From NCBI GenBank assembly GCA_030390025.1, contig CM059438.1:61382001-61446000 (forward strand): DNA of 64,000 bases, in the 5' to 3' direction. The first letter of the stretch is position 1. Each line of letters opens with the position of its first letter. The notes beneath the pieces were generated by a model. The model made no database searches, was not told the DNA's origin, and saw only the letters and a list, made by a program, of their open reading frames with translations. Of the stretch, positions 1-12,454 are shown piece after piece. The position numbers were made by a program, and so were the translations under genes. Source of the stretch: Squalus acanthias. Taxonomy: Eukaryota.

Positions 1-934
1 GACTTCTTCTCATTCTTGGGTTCTAATGAAACCAAAAATATAGTGCAGCATTGGCACTGAAATGGTACTGTAGCTATCAAAGGGTTGATGGGCCTTCTCC
101 CTTTCTCTGTGCTACTTGGTTCAGTCCAGTAACAGAAGCCTGAATGCTGAATTTCCTGGTGGTCCGGGTAATCACTTTGTAGATGTTGAGAGAGAGAGAG
201 AGAGATGGGATGGAGGTGGTCCCCGGGCATGCGGCCTTTCCACTGGAATCTCAGTGAGACCCCAGTTCAGCTTCAAGCCTATGGAGTGACCCATGTCTTA
301 GTATCCTGTTACAGCACAGCAAAGAGCTCTTTACAATGTTCTTTATACTTGCTGGGGTTTGCGGTCATTTCACGCTGAAAGGAGGTGACTCAATCCTTTT
401 GGGAGAGTGGATTAGAAAAACTAACAGGAACACAAATCAGAAAGGTTCAGACGCTCTCTGAAAGGGGGCCAAGTGCTAACCTTTCATCTGTTGTCATGTG
501 AGTCAATGGAGTCTGGAGCACAGCCTACCCCATTATGTAATGTTCCAGTGATGTGTAGAACAAATCAGACACACAGGGGACCCATATACAAAAAGCCAAA
601 GGGCTATAAAGGAGTTTTGTTCAATACGGTGTGTCATAAAACATATTCAAGGTAAAACAGAAATTGTTTTTTTGTGGTTCTGATGTCATCATAGTGGTTT
701 TAATAAATACCCATCATTCCAGTGTTGTGGTATCACCTAAATGCAGTAACCAAACTAACCTATTCTTGACTACACCAACTTTTATTTTACATTATATTAA
801 CGCAAACAAACATGTCTTTCAATTTATTGTTATTTTACATTTAAAAATTGATCTCCGATGCTCCTGAATGAGTAGGTGAATGCATCAACAATGTGGCACT
901 GAGATATACAAAGCAAGAAGGGCCGGACTTAGAT

Positions 935-1361
935 AGAACTTGCATTGATATAGCGCCGGATGACATACCCTGGGATCTCAACACACCACAACAAATTACT
1001 TATTTTTGAGTGCAGACGCTGTAATTATGTAGGAAACGCGGCAGCCGATTTGCGCACAGTAAGGTCCCACAAACAGAAAATGAAATAAATGACCATTTTT
1101 TTTTGAAAGAGGGATGTTAATTGTGATTCCTGCTCTTTTTATAAATAGCGCCAATTGGATCGTTTACATCCATCTGAACACACAGACGGGACCTCCAGTT
1201 TAAAGTCTCATCTGAAAGTCAGCACCTCCAATGATGCAGAATTCCCTCAGTACTGCGCTGGTGTCAGCCTAGATTATGTGTTCGAGAGTCTGGAGTAGGG
1301 CTTGGACCCACAACCTGCTGACTCAGAGGCAGGAGTGCTACCCCTGAGCCAGAGTTGACAC
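935..1361 (-). mobile_element. Deu-domain tRNA-derived SINE (SacSINE1-like), decayed
   Basis: Reverse complement aligns by eye to the intact copy at 6184-6645 (head, Deu core, tail). Confidence 0.8.
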
Positions 1362-1500
1362 CTGTTTTTTTAATTCATTCTCGGGATGTGGGCGTCGCTG
1401 GCATGGCTGCATTTATTGCCCATCCCTAGTTGCCCTTGGGAAGGTGGTGGTGAGCCTTCTTCTTGAACCGCTGCAGTCCGTGTGGTGAAGGTGCTCCTAT
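1362..1500 (-). mobile_element. 3' tail of CR1-clade LINE (lineage B)
   Basis: gggatgtgggcgtcgctggc...gaaggtggtggtgagccttcttcttgaac matches the 3' ends at 16392 and 23370-23440. Confidence 0.75.
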
Positions 1501-1604
1501 GTATTGCAAAATGATCTCAGCTGAGGCATTGGTAGGGGTGGCGGGATTGGCCTCAATATCCATGGGCTCGGGAAGGAAACAAAATCAGCCAGGGTTCTTC
1601 CTCT

Positions 1605-1990
1605 TGAATGGGTTGCATTTATATAGCACCTTGAACGGAATAAACATCCCAAGGCACTTCACAGACGCTGGGCATGAATAGAAGACGTTTTAAGTAAGCT
1701 TTTGAAGATATGGGGAAAGAGGTGGCAAGGCCGAGGAATTTAATGGGGGGGAAGCGCCAGGTAGCGGAGCTGCGAAGGCTGAAGGAGCAGAGGCAGCGGG
1801 GGAGGCCAGAGATAGAAAACCAAAGCTCACGAGGTGCAACACAGGTGTGTCAGAATTGGTGTTCCAGAAATAGGGAAGAGCAGGGTCGTGAAGGGATTTG
1901 TAAATGAGCGTGAGAATTTCGAATCCAATGCGTTGGGATACGGGAAGACTGTGGAGATTGGCAAGGACAGGAGCAAGACTTAACGTGGGA
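1605..1990 (-). mobile_element. L2 LINE 3' fragment, old
   Basis: ttgcatttatatagcacc tail and weak similarity to 9759-10226. Confidence 0.55.
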
Positions 1991-2000
1991 CAATAATTAG

Positions 2001-2177
2001 GTGTGATAAAGGGCAGTTGGAAAGATTAACTGTAGTCGTCTGGCTGTGTTCTCTGACTATATATGCTGTGCCTATATGCATCTCTTCACTACACCTGACG
2101 AAGGAGCAGCGCTCCGAAAGCTTGTGATTTCAAATAAAGCTGTTGGACTATAACCTGGTGTTGTGCGACTTCTCACA
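2001..2177 (+). mobile_element. Penelope-like element 3' end (family A) with hammerhead motif
   Basis: Near-identical to 12001-12180; CTGACGA...GAAA core at 2095-2119; flanked by the direct repeat acaataattaggt. Confidence 0.75.
2092..2126 (+). ncRNA. Minimal type I hammerhead ribozyme motif
   Basis: cac CTGACGA A ggagc-agc-gctcc GAAA gctt gtg: stem I cac/gtg, stem II ggagc/gctcc, palindromic AAGCTT stem III. Confidence 0.7.
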
Positions 2178-2300
2178 ATAATTAGGTAATAAAGGTCCCA
2201 AAGCACTTCGAAGAGCAGAAACAGATGCCAAGCAGTGATACGAGAGGTGGAGGTGGCAAGACTTAAACAAGGAACCAAGAGATGTTGGCAGTGAAGTGAT

Positions 2301-2518
2301 GTGGTAACCAGAGGTCATAGATTTAAAATAATTGGCAAAAGAACTAGAGGGGAAATGAGGAGAAATTTTTTCACACAGAGGGTTGTTATGACCTGGAAAG
2401 CACTACCTGAAAGGGTGGTGGAATCAGATTCTATAGGAACTTTCAAAAGGCAATTGGACATGCTCTTGAAGAGAACTAATTTGCAGGGTTATAGGGGAAA
2501 AAACTGGGGTGTGGGACT
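2301..2518 (+). mobile_element. CR1 LINE 3' fragment
   Basis: Translation TRGHRFKI...[13 protein letters not shown] is the CR1 ORF2 C-terminus. Confidence 0.9.
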
Positions 2519-3824
2519 TACACCCCCTGAATGAGTTGGAGGACAAAGTCCACAGGCTCATTGCCAGCCAGGTCATAGGTGCCGTGACCGGTGGAGAGGT
2601 CGACCCCCTTGGGGACAGCAGAGGTATGTTCATCAGCTTTCTTCCTCTCTCATACCACTTCCCCCTCACATCACCAGCCTTTTACACTTTCAATCCAACT
2701 AACTGTCTCCAGTCCTTGCTCCCTTCCTGCCCCCCTGCCCTCACGCTAAAGCCACTCTTGTACCTTCCTGCTTTCAGATAGTGAACCACCAGCTGACCAG
2801 CCTGTCCCTCAGCCTGCCAGTGGCAGCGACACGCCAGAGAAGGCGGAAGAGGAAGCCGGAGCCTCACCGCCTGCGTGTCCCGTGGGTGACACTTCCGACA
2901 CTGGGGCCACGCATTCCCTGGAGGGGAGCAGGAGGTTAGGGTCTGATGAGGGCAAAGCTCCTGGACGCAGCGGGATGCAGCAATGCCATGGGAGTAGGGA
3001 AGCTCGGGGGCCATCTCCCCGGAGGGTGAGTAGGCGCGCGAGCTCTGCTGCGCAGGACTCGGATGAGGACCTCGACATCGCGGCCATGAATACCTAAGCC
3101 TTGAGCATGCACACTGAGCTCATGGGTGCAATGGCAAGGGTGCCCGACAGCATGGGTGCACTGGCTAGGAGCGTGGAGGAGTCCGCCGCTAGCACAACTG
3201 TCATCTGTGCGCAAGCCCTTGAACGCATCCTTGCCTCGTTGCAGAGGATGGTTGAATTGCAGGGAGACCGTGGTGAACCAGAGCCCATGCCGCGTGTAAT
3301 GGGTGAGGTGGCAGTATCCATTGCAGCACAGGCTGACGCAACGCAACGGCTTAGTGCTGCAATCAAGTCATTGGCTGGTGCCATCCAGTCTCAGACTGCT
3401 CTCATGCAGTCTAAGATTGCTCCCGGAATACCCTGGGAGGGTAAGGTCCCCTGTGCAGAGGCCTGTTGGCCCTCCTCCCTCTGGCAACGTTTGCCACTCT
3501 CTCTCTGCACCTCTGCTGCCTCCGAAGGTGAAGCTGGACGACGACACCCCGAGTTAGTGCAGCCCCCATAAAAGCTTCTAAATATGCTAAATATGAAGGT
3601 CAAATAAATAGGAACCTCAAAAGTGGTGCTGAGGACCAAAACTCCTTAGGACAGCGTTAAATCTCTCCAGACGTCTCTCTCCCTCTCAACCTGCGTGTAC
3701 CAAAAATTTTGCCGACAAGAAAAAGCAGGAAGCGCCCGCCTTTAAATAGCACCCCCCCAGCCTCTTCCTGACTTGAAAACGTCCCCCTCTACCTGTCGTC
3801 CCTAGCGGCAGGCGCTAAGGCAGG
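2519..3824 (+). mobile_element. PIF/Harbinger transposon fragment (3' part of the Myb/SANT-like accessory gene, with a putative intron ~2624-2778)
   Basis: ELEDKV..GAVTGGE and AAQDSDEDLD are homologous to LEETVL..AVVTGE and AAEDSDEDF in the element at 56910-59551; GT..AG intron at the equivalent position. Confidence 0.6.
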
Positions 3825-4292
3825 GGGTGCTGGGGATGGGGGATCTTAGCTTCAAGGACAGGTTGGAGAAGCTGGATTTGTTTTCATTAGAGCAAAGGAG
3901 GCTGCGGGGTGATTTGATAGAGGTGTACAAGATTATGACGGGTTTGGATAGGCTAGACGGGGAAAGGCTGTTCCCACTAGTTGATGGTACAAGGACTAGG
4001 GGACACAGATTTAAGGTTTTGGGCAAGAGATACAGGGGGGGATGTGAGGAAAAACTTTTTTACGCAGCGAGTGGTGAGGACCTGGAACTCGCTGCCAACG
4101 GAAGTGGTGGAAGCGGAGACACTCAATGTTTTCAAGGGGAGACTGGATAGGCACTTGAGGGAAATAAACTTGCAGGGCTACGGGGATAGAGCGGGGGAAT
4201 GGGACTGGCTGGATTGCTCTACAGAGAGCCGGCACGGACTCGATGGGCCGAATGGCCTCCTTCTGTGCCGTTATGATTCTGACTCTATGACT
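3825..4292 (+). mobile_element. CR1 LINE 3' fragment
   Basis: LFSLEQRRLRGDLIEVYKIM..TRGHRFK; 3' hairpin and (gattct/gactct) tail. Confidence 0.92.
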
Positions 4293-4394
4293 CTTTGGGT
4301 AAAGAAGTTTCTTCTGAATTCCCTGTTGGATTTCTTGGTGACTATCTTATATTGATGGCCTCTAGTTATGCTCTTCCCCACAAGTGGAAACATT

Positions 4395-5138
4395 GGGCTG
4401 GATTTTTTCAATGGAGACGCGTTGGAGGCGGGACTGCTGCTTGTCGTGTCAATGTCCCGCCTCCATCCTCGTCTGACCAACCAGAGTGATTTTCCCCTGA
4501 TTGACCTTGTTAAGCCCGCCCTGCGGGCTCAGCAGGCCAATTAGGAAGGAAGTCACTGACAGAGCACGTCAACGTCAGACGTGCTATCTGTCAAGACTTC
4601 TTGGAAGAAGAAGTGAAGCTGTCAAACACTGACATTCTCTGTAGTTTGATGAGACTTTGTGTTCAGGACTCATCAAACCTTTCAACCTTGTCGATTTCAG
4701 ATGGCTGTTGGTTCGGAGGATCCAACAGCCAGTCTGTGAAATCGACTACGAGGATGTCGGGTCTCCCGATCCAGAGAGGATGAAGGCTGCAGGAAGAAAA
4801 CAAGGCAAGTGAAAAAATTTTTACACTTATCACTCACCTTACATACTTACCACTCCACACTTGCACCCATCACTCACCTCTACACCTTACTTCCAGGTGC
4901 CTCCGACCGCCGCAGACCTCCTCCACGTCTCCTCCAACCCGGTGGGGTTCTCCGAGGTCGGGAAGCCTTCACCTGTGAAGGTAAAATGTCACTAATCCTT
5001 TTTTCTGCCTGTTAACTACCTGTTAACAGGCAGTTGAAAGTATTTGCCTTTCCCGCCTCCAGGAGACGGGACTCGAAGCAGCACATCTTCCTGCCTCCTG
5101 GCAAAAGGGCACGGAGGCGGGATGGGGGCGGGTTTGCC
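4395..5138. mobile_element. Non-autonomous DNA transposon remnant (Harbinger-like left end)
   Basis: att|gggctggatttt terminus and GC-rich ggcggg/cccgcc subterminal motifs; interrupts the CR1; right end not found. Confidence 0.45.
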
Positions 5139-6183
5139 ATCTGCCTTCTTTTTTCAAGAGAAAAGAGACCCAGCCTGTTCATCCTTTTCTGATATGTATA
5201 ACCTCGCATTTCTGGTATCATCCTTGTAAATCTTCTCTGCAGCCTCTCCAGTGCCTCTATATCCTTTTCATAATATGGCGACCAGAACTGTACGCAGTAC
5301 TCTAAGTGTGGTCTAACCAAGGTTCGATACAGGTTTAGCAAACCTTCCCTACTTTTCATTTCTATCCCTCTAGAAATAAACCCTAGTGCTTGGCTTGCCT
5401 TTTTTTATGGCCTTGCTAACCTGTGTCACAACCTTTAGTTATTTGTGTATTTGTACTCTGAGATCCCTTTGTTCCTCTACCCCACCTAGACTCGCACCCT
5501 CCAAGTGATAAGTGACCTCTCTATTCTTCCTACCAAAATGTAATACCTCACATTTATCTGTGTTGAACTTCATTTGCCAATTATTTGCCCATTCTGCAAG
5601 TTTAATGTCCTCCTGTAATTTGTTGCAGTCCTCTTCAGTATTGGCTATCCCCTCCCCCCAAAAATTTGGTGTCATCCGCAAATTTAGAAATTGTGGTTTT
5701 GATTTCAAAGTCTAAATCGTTAATATAAATTAACGCAGTGGTCCCAGCACTGATCCTTGTGGAACACCACTACCTACCTTCTGCCACTGTGAATAGCTAC
5801 CTTTTACCCCTACTCTCTGCTTTCTGTCTTGAAGCCAGCTAGCTATCCATTCTGCTACTTGTCCCCTGACTCTGCATTCTCTGACCTTGTTCATCAGTCT
5901 ATTATAGGGTACCTTATCGAAGGCCTTTTGAAAATCTAGATAAATTGCATCTACTGCATTACCATTGTTTACTCTCTCTGTTACCTCTTCAAAAAATTCA
6001 ATGAGGTTGGTCAAGCAAGACTTTCCCTTTTGAAATGCATGCTGACTATTCATTACTATGTTTTTGGTTTCTAGATGTTCTTCTATTTTCTCCTTTAGTA
6101 GGGATTCCGTTATTTTTCCTACCACCGATGTTAAGCTGACTGGTCTATAATTCCCTGGTCATGTTCTATGCCCCCTTCTTGAA

Positions 6184-6645
6184 TGTCAGCTGTGGCTCAG
6201 TGGGTGGCACACTTTCCTCTGAGTCAGAAGGTTGTGGGTTCAAGTCTCACTCCTGGGACTTGAGCACATAAAACTAGGCTGACACTCCAGTGCAGTGCTG
6301 AGGGAGTGCTGCACTGTTGGAAGTGCCGTCTTTCGGATGAGACGTTAAACCGAGGCCCTGTCTGCTCTCTCAGGTGGATGTAAAAGATCCCATGGCACTA
6401 TTTTGAAGAAGAGCAGGGGAGTTATCCCCGGTGTCCTGGCCAATATTTATCCCTCAACCAACATAACAAAAACAGATTATCTGGTCATTATCACATTGCT
6501 GTTTGTGGGACCTTGCTGTGCGCAAATTGGCTGCCGCGTTTCCCACATTACAACAGTGACTCCACTTCAAAAGTATTTAATTGACTGTAAAGCGCTTTGA
6601 GACATCCAGTGGTCGTGAAAGGCGCTATATAAATGCAAGTCATTC
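6184..6645 (+). mobile_element. Deu-domain tRNA-derived SINE (SacSINE1-like), full length
   Basis: A box tggctcagtggg, B box ggttcaagtc, Deu core gtgccgtctttcggatgagacgttaaac, L2-like tail; approximate TSD ttcttgaa/ttcttaaa. Confidence 0.85.
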
Positions 6646-7377
6646 TTTCTTTTTCTTAAATATAGGTATTACGTTAGTTATCCGCCATTCCTCTGGCACT
6701 ACACCTTTTTCTAATGAATTATTAAATATGTGTAGTAATGCCTCTGCTCTCTCTTCCCTAGATTCTTTTAAAATGCAGGGATGCAATCCATCCGGACCAG
6801 GGGTTTTATCCTCTTTGAGTTTGATTAGTTTATTTAATATATCCCCTCTTTTTATTTTAAATGCACTTATCTCATCATCCAATGTCATGTCCACCTGTTC
6901 TATCTCCCTGGTAAATACTGAAGCAAAATAATTGTTTAATATTTCAGCCGTCTCTCTATCATTACCTGTGGTATTATCCTGTCTATCCCTTAATGGCCCT
7001 ATTCCCATCCCAGCCTTCCATTTTTTATTGATGTGCCGTAAAATATTTTACTATTTTGTTTTATGTTCCTTGATAATTTAATTTCATAGTTCCTCTTTGC
7101 CTTCCTCATTGTTTTTTTGACTTCTCGCCTAATCTCTTCATATTCTCCCTTATCATGCACTCCCCTCTGTCTATGTACTTAATGTATGCCTCTTTCCTTA
7201 CCCTCAATTGTTCCCTTATGGCTTAATTCATCCATGGAGTCTCATTTGTGATTAGTTTGTTCTTTCCTTTTAGCGGAATATATTGTTTCTGCACTCTGTT
7301 GAACACCGTTTTAAATGTTTCCCATTGCTGTTCTACATCATTGTTTGCCAATATTGCTGCCCATTTTATTTTCCCAA

Positions 7378-7931
7378 GGAGGGATGAGCTTTATTGAGAT
7401 GAGTTGGAGTACTGGAGGGATGAGCTTTATTGAGATGAGTTGGAGTACTGGAGGGATGAGCTTTATTGAGATGAGTTGGAGTACTGGAGGGATGAGCTTT
7501 ATTGAGATGAGTTGGAGTACTGGAGGGATGAGCTTTATTGAGATGAGTTAGAGTACTGGAGGGATGAGCTTTATTGAGATGAGTTAGAGTACTGGAGTGA
7601 TGAGCTTTATTGAGATGAGTTGGAGTACTGGAGGGATGAGCTTTATTGAGATGAGTTAGAGTACTGGAGGGATGAGCTTTATTGAGATGAGTTGGAGTAC
7701 TGGAGGGATGAGCTTTATTGAGATGAGTTGGAGTACTGGAGGGATGAGCTTTATTGAGGTGAGTTGGAGTACTGGAGGGATGAGCTTTATTGAGATGAGT
7801 TGGAGTACTGGAGGGATGAGCTTTATTGAGGTGAGTTGGAGTACTGGAGGGATGAGCTTTATTGAGATGAGTTGGAGTACTGGAGGGATGAGCTTTATTG
7901 AGATGAGTTGGAGTACTGGAGGGATGAGCTT
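7378..7931. repeat. 36-bp tandem minisatellite, ~15 copies
   Basis: Unit ggagggatgagctttattgagatgagttggagtact, near-perfect, no spacers. Confidence 0.97.
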
Positions 7932-8725
7932 AGGCATTCTCTTACTCTTAATATATTTATAAAAACTTTTACTATTAGCCTTTACATTACTTACAAGATT
8001 CTTTTCATATTCCCTTTTCACAGTTCTTAATATTTTCTTTGTGCCCCTATGTTGCTTTCTATATTTCTCCCAGACTGCTGGATTACCACTGTTCTTGGCA
8101 GTTTGTAAGCCACTTCCTTTAGCTTTATACTCCGTCTTACCTCATATGTTGACCATGGTTGCTTGACTGTACAAGTGGAACTTTTGCTCTTTAGGGTTAT
8201 GTATTGGTCTTGTATTGTACTAAATACTTCTTTGAATACCTCCCACTGTTTTCTGTAGGTTTGCCTGTGAACAGCTCAGCCCAGTTTAACATGTTCAGCT
8301 TACGTCACATTCCTTTAAAGTCAGCCTTACTTAAGTTTAAAACTTTGGTTTGTGTGGGATCTTTCTCCTTCTCAAGCTTAATGTCAAAGTTTATGATGTT
8401 ATGGTCACCGTTTGCAAGATGTTAAATTACTGTCAGATTATTAATTAATTCTGGCTCGTTACTCATTACTAAATCTAGTAGGGCCTGTTCCCTTGTCGGA
8501 TGTAAAACATAATGGCCCAGATTTTTCAAACAATGGCGATTGAACGGGGCTGGCCATTCTTTACACTTATGGCGCTGTTAGCCTCACCGTTACTTTTACT
8601 GTAAAATCTGGGCCATTGACAGTTTAAGAAAACTGTCCTGGATGCATTCTAGAAATTCACTGGCTTTACAACTTGTGCTGCTTTGCATCTCCCAGTCTAT
8701 GTGAAAATTAAATTTAAAATCTCCC
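7932..8725 (-). mobile_element. CR1 LINE ORF2 fragment (endonuclease end and linker)
   Basis: GDF..HIDW, FLECIQDSFL, KREYEKNL..NSKSFYKYI. Confidence 0.8.
8514..8614. mobile_element. 101-bp Harbinger-type MITE
   Basis: TIR ggcccagatttt/aaaatctgggcc; removing it restores the CR1 QYVLHPT codons; flanks aat/att. Confidence 0.7.
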
Positions 8726-8946
8726 AGTGGAGTTGCAAACACAGTTGTAGATACTGTGACATATTTACATATAATAGACACATAAATGTTCAGGTTAGCT
8801 ATAGAGACAAGTAAGATGCAACCAGAAGAACTGATGCAGATGTAGTCACAGGTAAGTTATAAGTATAGATCCAGGTATATGTACAGTTACAGATACAAAT
8901 TTGGCTGAAGGTGTATCTATCACACCAATCACAAACAACACGCAAT

Positions 8947-9710
8947 GGGCCAGAAATTCGGCTCTTGTCGGGTGAGTACGCGCTGTGTACTCACCCGTAA
9001 GGCCACCTGAAGTGCCGGTTTCACGCATGCACTGCGCATGCGCGGGAAACCGGAACTTCCGTTCCCCTGAAGGGAGGGGTTCAGAAGTCGAACGTGTGCG
9101 CGGGAGAGGCTGCGCGCACGCAGCGAACTTCGGGGGTTTTTTCAGGTTTCTCCGGGAGGGTAAGTATGGAGAAGCTGCACTTTTAAAAAGGAGGCGCAAG
9201 GCCTGTTTTTAACAATGTAAGAGGTTAATTAATTACAATTTAAACATTTTTTCAAGAGGTTTATCTTTTTTACATACTTTAAAGAAAGGTAAGTTTATTT
9301 TTCGCACCGTTAAAAAGTTTAATTAATTTTTTCAAAAATTTTAATTTTTGTTTAATGTAGTTAATTTATGTAATTTATAGTTATTTTTAAAATGTGATTT
9401 TTAAAAAAAAATTATTTGAAGTTTTAGTGTGGTTTTGGGGCCGATCTCTATTCATAGATTTGACAGGTCTTCCTGTCAAATCTATGAATGAAAATTCCCT
9501 GCTACGATTGGCTCTCCATGGCCCACGTGATCCCAGGGGATGCTTCGAACTAACTGCGCCCCTGGGATACGCAAGCACTGCACACCGGCAGCTGCAGGAG
9601 GCCCAGGACCCGAATTCCTCGTGGGCCCGAAGCACAACGGCAGGCGCGGTAGGTAAGTACGCGCGCGATGCTTGCACCCGCAGGAAGCCGGAGAGCTGAA
9701 TTTCTGGCCC
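8947..9710. mobile_element. Non-autonomous Harbinger-type element
   Basis: TIR gggccagaaattc(g/a)gctc at both ends; flanks aat/att. Confidence 0.8.
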
Positions 9711-9758
9711 ATTATAATTCCAATCTCTACAAACATCCAGTAGCTGCCACTGGGGGGA

Positions 9759-10226
9759 CAACAACAACAACTTGCATTTATATAGCGTCTTTAATGTAGT
9801 AAAACGTCCCAAGGCATTTCACAGGAGCGTAATTAGATAAAATTTGACAACGAGCCACATAAAGAGATACTAGGACAGGTGACCAAAAGCTTGGTCAAAG
9901 AGGTAGGCTTTAAGGAGCATCTTAAAGGAGGAGAGGTTGAGAGGTGGAGAGGATCAGGGAGAAAATTCCAGAGCCTAAGGCTTCAACAGCTGAAGGCACG
10001 GCCGCCAATGATGGGGCGATAGAAATCCAGGATGTGCAAGAGGCCAGAATTGGAGGAGCGCAGAGTTCTCGGAGGGTTGTAGGGCTGGAGGCAGTTTACA
10101 GAGATGGGGAGGGGAGAAGCCATGGAGAGATTCGAAAGCAAGGATGAGCATTTTTAAATTGAGGCATTGCCGGACTGGGAGCCAATGTAGGTCAGCGAGC
10201 CCAGGGGTGATGGGGTGAACGGGACT
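9759..10226 (-). mobile_element. L2 LINE 3' fragment
   Basis: PITPGLADLHWLPV motif; (caa)n tail. Confidence 0.88.
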
Positions 10227-10479
10227 GATGCTGCTGAATGAGTCACGTAGAGTGCGTGTCCTCATGGACATTGCGTCAGTCAGAAGAGAGCCCCTGTTTC
10301 TGTCGCCACACTTACCATCACATTTGGCTGGTGAGCTCCAACAGAGAATAATCAGGAATGTACTCTGAGCAAAATAATCACAGAGCAACCAGATTAGGAA
10401 ACGGAGACCACAGGAGCTCGACACTACGCACTGGACTCAAAGCCAGATAGACATAGTTCTCAGCCCCAAAGCTGTCAGT

Positions 10480-11300
10480 CACTATGGATGAGTGTGATAC
10501 TGGTATATACCACTCCTTCTGCTGGCGTTTGTCTCTCGGCTCATATTCAGTTCTAATTTGCAAACATCATCTCTCATTCAGCTGGTATTCATCTTTCTGT
10601 TTGCATTGGTTATTTCTTTCTTGCTGGTATTTCACTCTTTTTCTATTAGTATTTGCTTCAGATTCTGTTGGGATTTGCCTCTTATTGTACTGAATTTGTC
10701 TCTCTTCCTATTGTTATTTTCCCTCTTTTTGATGGCACTCACCTTTCCTGCTGTTATATGTCTGCCTTATTGCTGGTATATGTCTCTCACTACTGGTGTT
10801 TCATTCTGCTGGTATCTGTCTCACTCTGCTGGTATTTGCCACTTATTCTGCTGCGGAATGAGTCACAAAGCATCTGTCTGCTGGTATTTTTATCTGTCTT
10901 TCACCTGGTCTTGCTCTGGTATTTCACTTTCTGATTCTGCTAGCACTCTACCCTCTCATTCGCTGGTCTTTGGCTCTTTCTTATCCGTCTCTCATACGAC
11001 TGCTATTCGCCTCTCTGCTCTCACGTGGTGTTAGCTTTTCATTCGACTGATGTTCAGCTCTCCTATTGCTCGCTTTTGCCTCACTCCACTGCTGTTTGGC
11101 TATCCTGTTAGTACTGGGCTGTCTTTCTACAGTATCTGTCTCTCTTAGTGCTAGCATTTGGCTCTATTTTGGCGAAAATTTACCTCTCGTTTTGGTGATA
11201 CTCGATTAGTTCTCCTGGTATTTGTCTCTTTCACCTTGTATTCGCCTCTCTTTCTGCTGGCAATGTCTTCCCTTTGCCCTGTTTCCTTGTTTCTGCTAAC
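10480..11300. repeat. Highly decayed pyrimidine-rich tandem repeat
   Basis: tgctggtat-like core recurring roughly every 20-40 bp. Confidence 0.55.
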
Positions 11301-11714
11301 AACAGTGACAAAATTGCTTATATGAAACACATTCCAATTTGGTATGTTTGGTGCCAGAATAAATAGTGAATGCAATAATAAAATGTCTGGAAAATGTCAC
11401 TTCCAATTCTCTTAACCAATCGATCTGCTGTGATATTGTTCAGGGACAAAATGTATTAGAACTTTGTGGCTCTCTCTTCCTATAAGTGTCTTATGCCTCT
11501 CTCGCACTCTGACATTCTTTCTCTCCCTGTCTGTCTTCCACTCGCTCTCTCTCTCGTAGCCTCTCTCTTTCTCTCCATCTCAGACACTTTCTCTTGCTTT
11601 CCGCTCTCTCCCTCTCTCTATCATATCTTCACCTCTCTCCCTCTTTCAGCAAGTTTTGCCATCTATCTCTCTCCTCTCTTTCGCACCTTCCCCAATTTCT
11701 CAGCATGCCTAGCA

Positions 11715-12180
11715 GACATATTTAACCGGGATCTTGGGTTCATGTCACGCTACATGTAACCCCACCTGACGTAGAGTCATCCAGACTCGAGTCGTCCTTG
11801 GCTTGTTCTCTCTACACAGATGCGGCCGGACCTGCTGTGATTTCCAGCAAAAAAAGTTTTTTGTTTTCCATACAGACCCCAGCATCTGCCACATTTGACC
11901 CCTTGTGACCCCACCTCATTGTCTTTGATGTAATGTTTTCCTGACTGACCTGTTTGGACACCATCCACACCTTTGATTGCCGTGATTATCTCTCTGCCGA
12001 GGTGTGATAAAGGGCAGTTAGAAAGATTAACTGTAATCATCTGGCAGTGTTCTCTGACTATATATGCTGTGCCTATATGCATCTCTTCACTTCACCTGAT
12101 GAAGGAGCAGCGCTCCGAAAGCTTGTGATTTCAAATAAAGCTGTTGGACTATAACCTGGTGTTGTGCGACTTCTGACATA
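11715..12180 (+). mobile_element. Two adjacent Penelope-like 3' fragments
   Basis: NRDLGFMSRY* resembles a PLE C-terminus; degenerate hammerhead at 11766-11796; family-A tail with an intact hammerhead at 12092-12128. Confidence 0.7.
12092..12128 (+). ncRNA. Minimal hammerhead ribozyme motif
   Basis: tcac CTGATGA A ggagc-agc-gctcc GAAA gctt gtga. Confidence 0.7.
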
Positions 12181-12454
12181 TTTAAAGCCCAGGACTGTGC
12201 AGCTATCGTGTACCAGGTTGGAGGTGGGTACCGGGGTCAGTTGCAGAAAGGTGGGCGTGGGGTCATGGCTGGGGATGTGCTGGGAGAAGTTATCCAGCGG
12301 CTGACTTCAACTTGGCTGAGAGAATCTGGACCAGTGCCTGAAGACAGAGTAGGAAGCCGGGCCCTGAGGATGGGAGTGAGTGGGAGGCTTGGCCTGGGGT
12401 TGGAGATTGGGGATAGGCGGGAGCGGAGGGTTGTATTAAGAGGAAAGAAACCAT

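Larger units (their letters stand above)
4293..7377 (-). mobile_element. CR1 LINE ORF2 (reverse transcriptase), decayed and interrupted by a MITE and a SINE
   Basis: PGPDGLHP, YLDFQKAFDKV, GVPQGSVLGP, WQMKFNTDKC and LVRPHLEYCVQFWSP motifs with frameshifts. Confidence 0.93.

Noticed and set aside
6184..6255. tRNA genes (also at 21867, 28475, 33443 and 53715)
   Set aside because: These are tRNA-derived SINE heads continuing into SINE bodies; no full cloverleaf or terminator
7378..7931. CRISPR array or repeat protein (MSFIEMSWSTGG)n
   Set aside because: The 36-bp units are contiguous with no spacers, there are no cas genes and the context is eukaryotic; the ORFs arise only because 36 is a multiple of 3
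9975..10424. Signal-peptide-like 149-aa ORF
   Set aside because: GTG start, and the 3' half is L2 sequence; only the 49-nt candidate exon is kept, as a finding
10558..11034. Multi-pass membrane protein ORF
   Set aside because: Hydrophobicity comes from T/C-rich decayed repeat sequence
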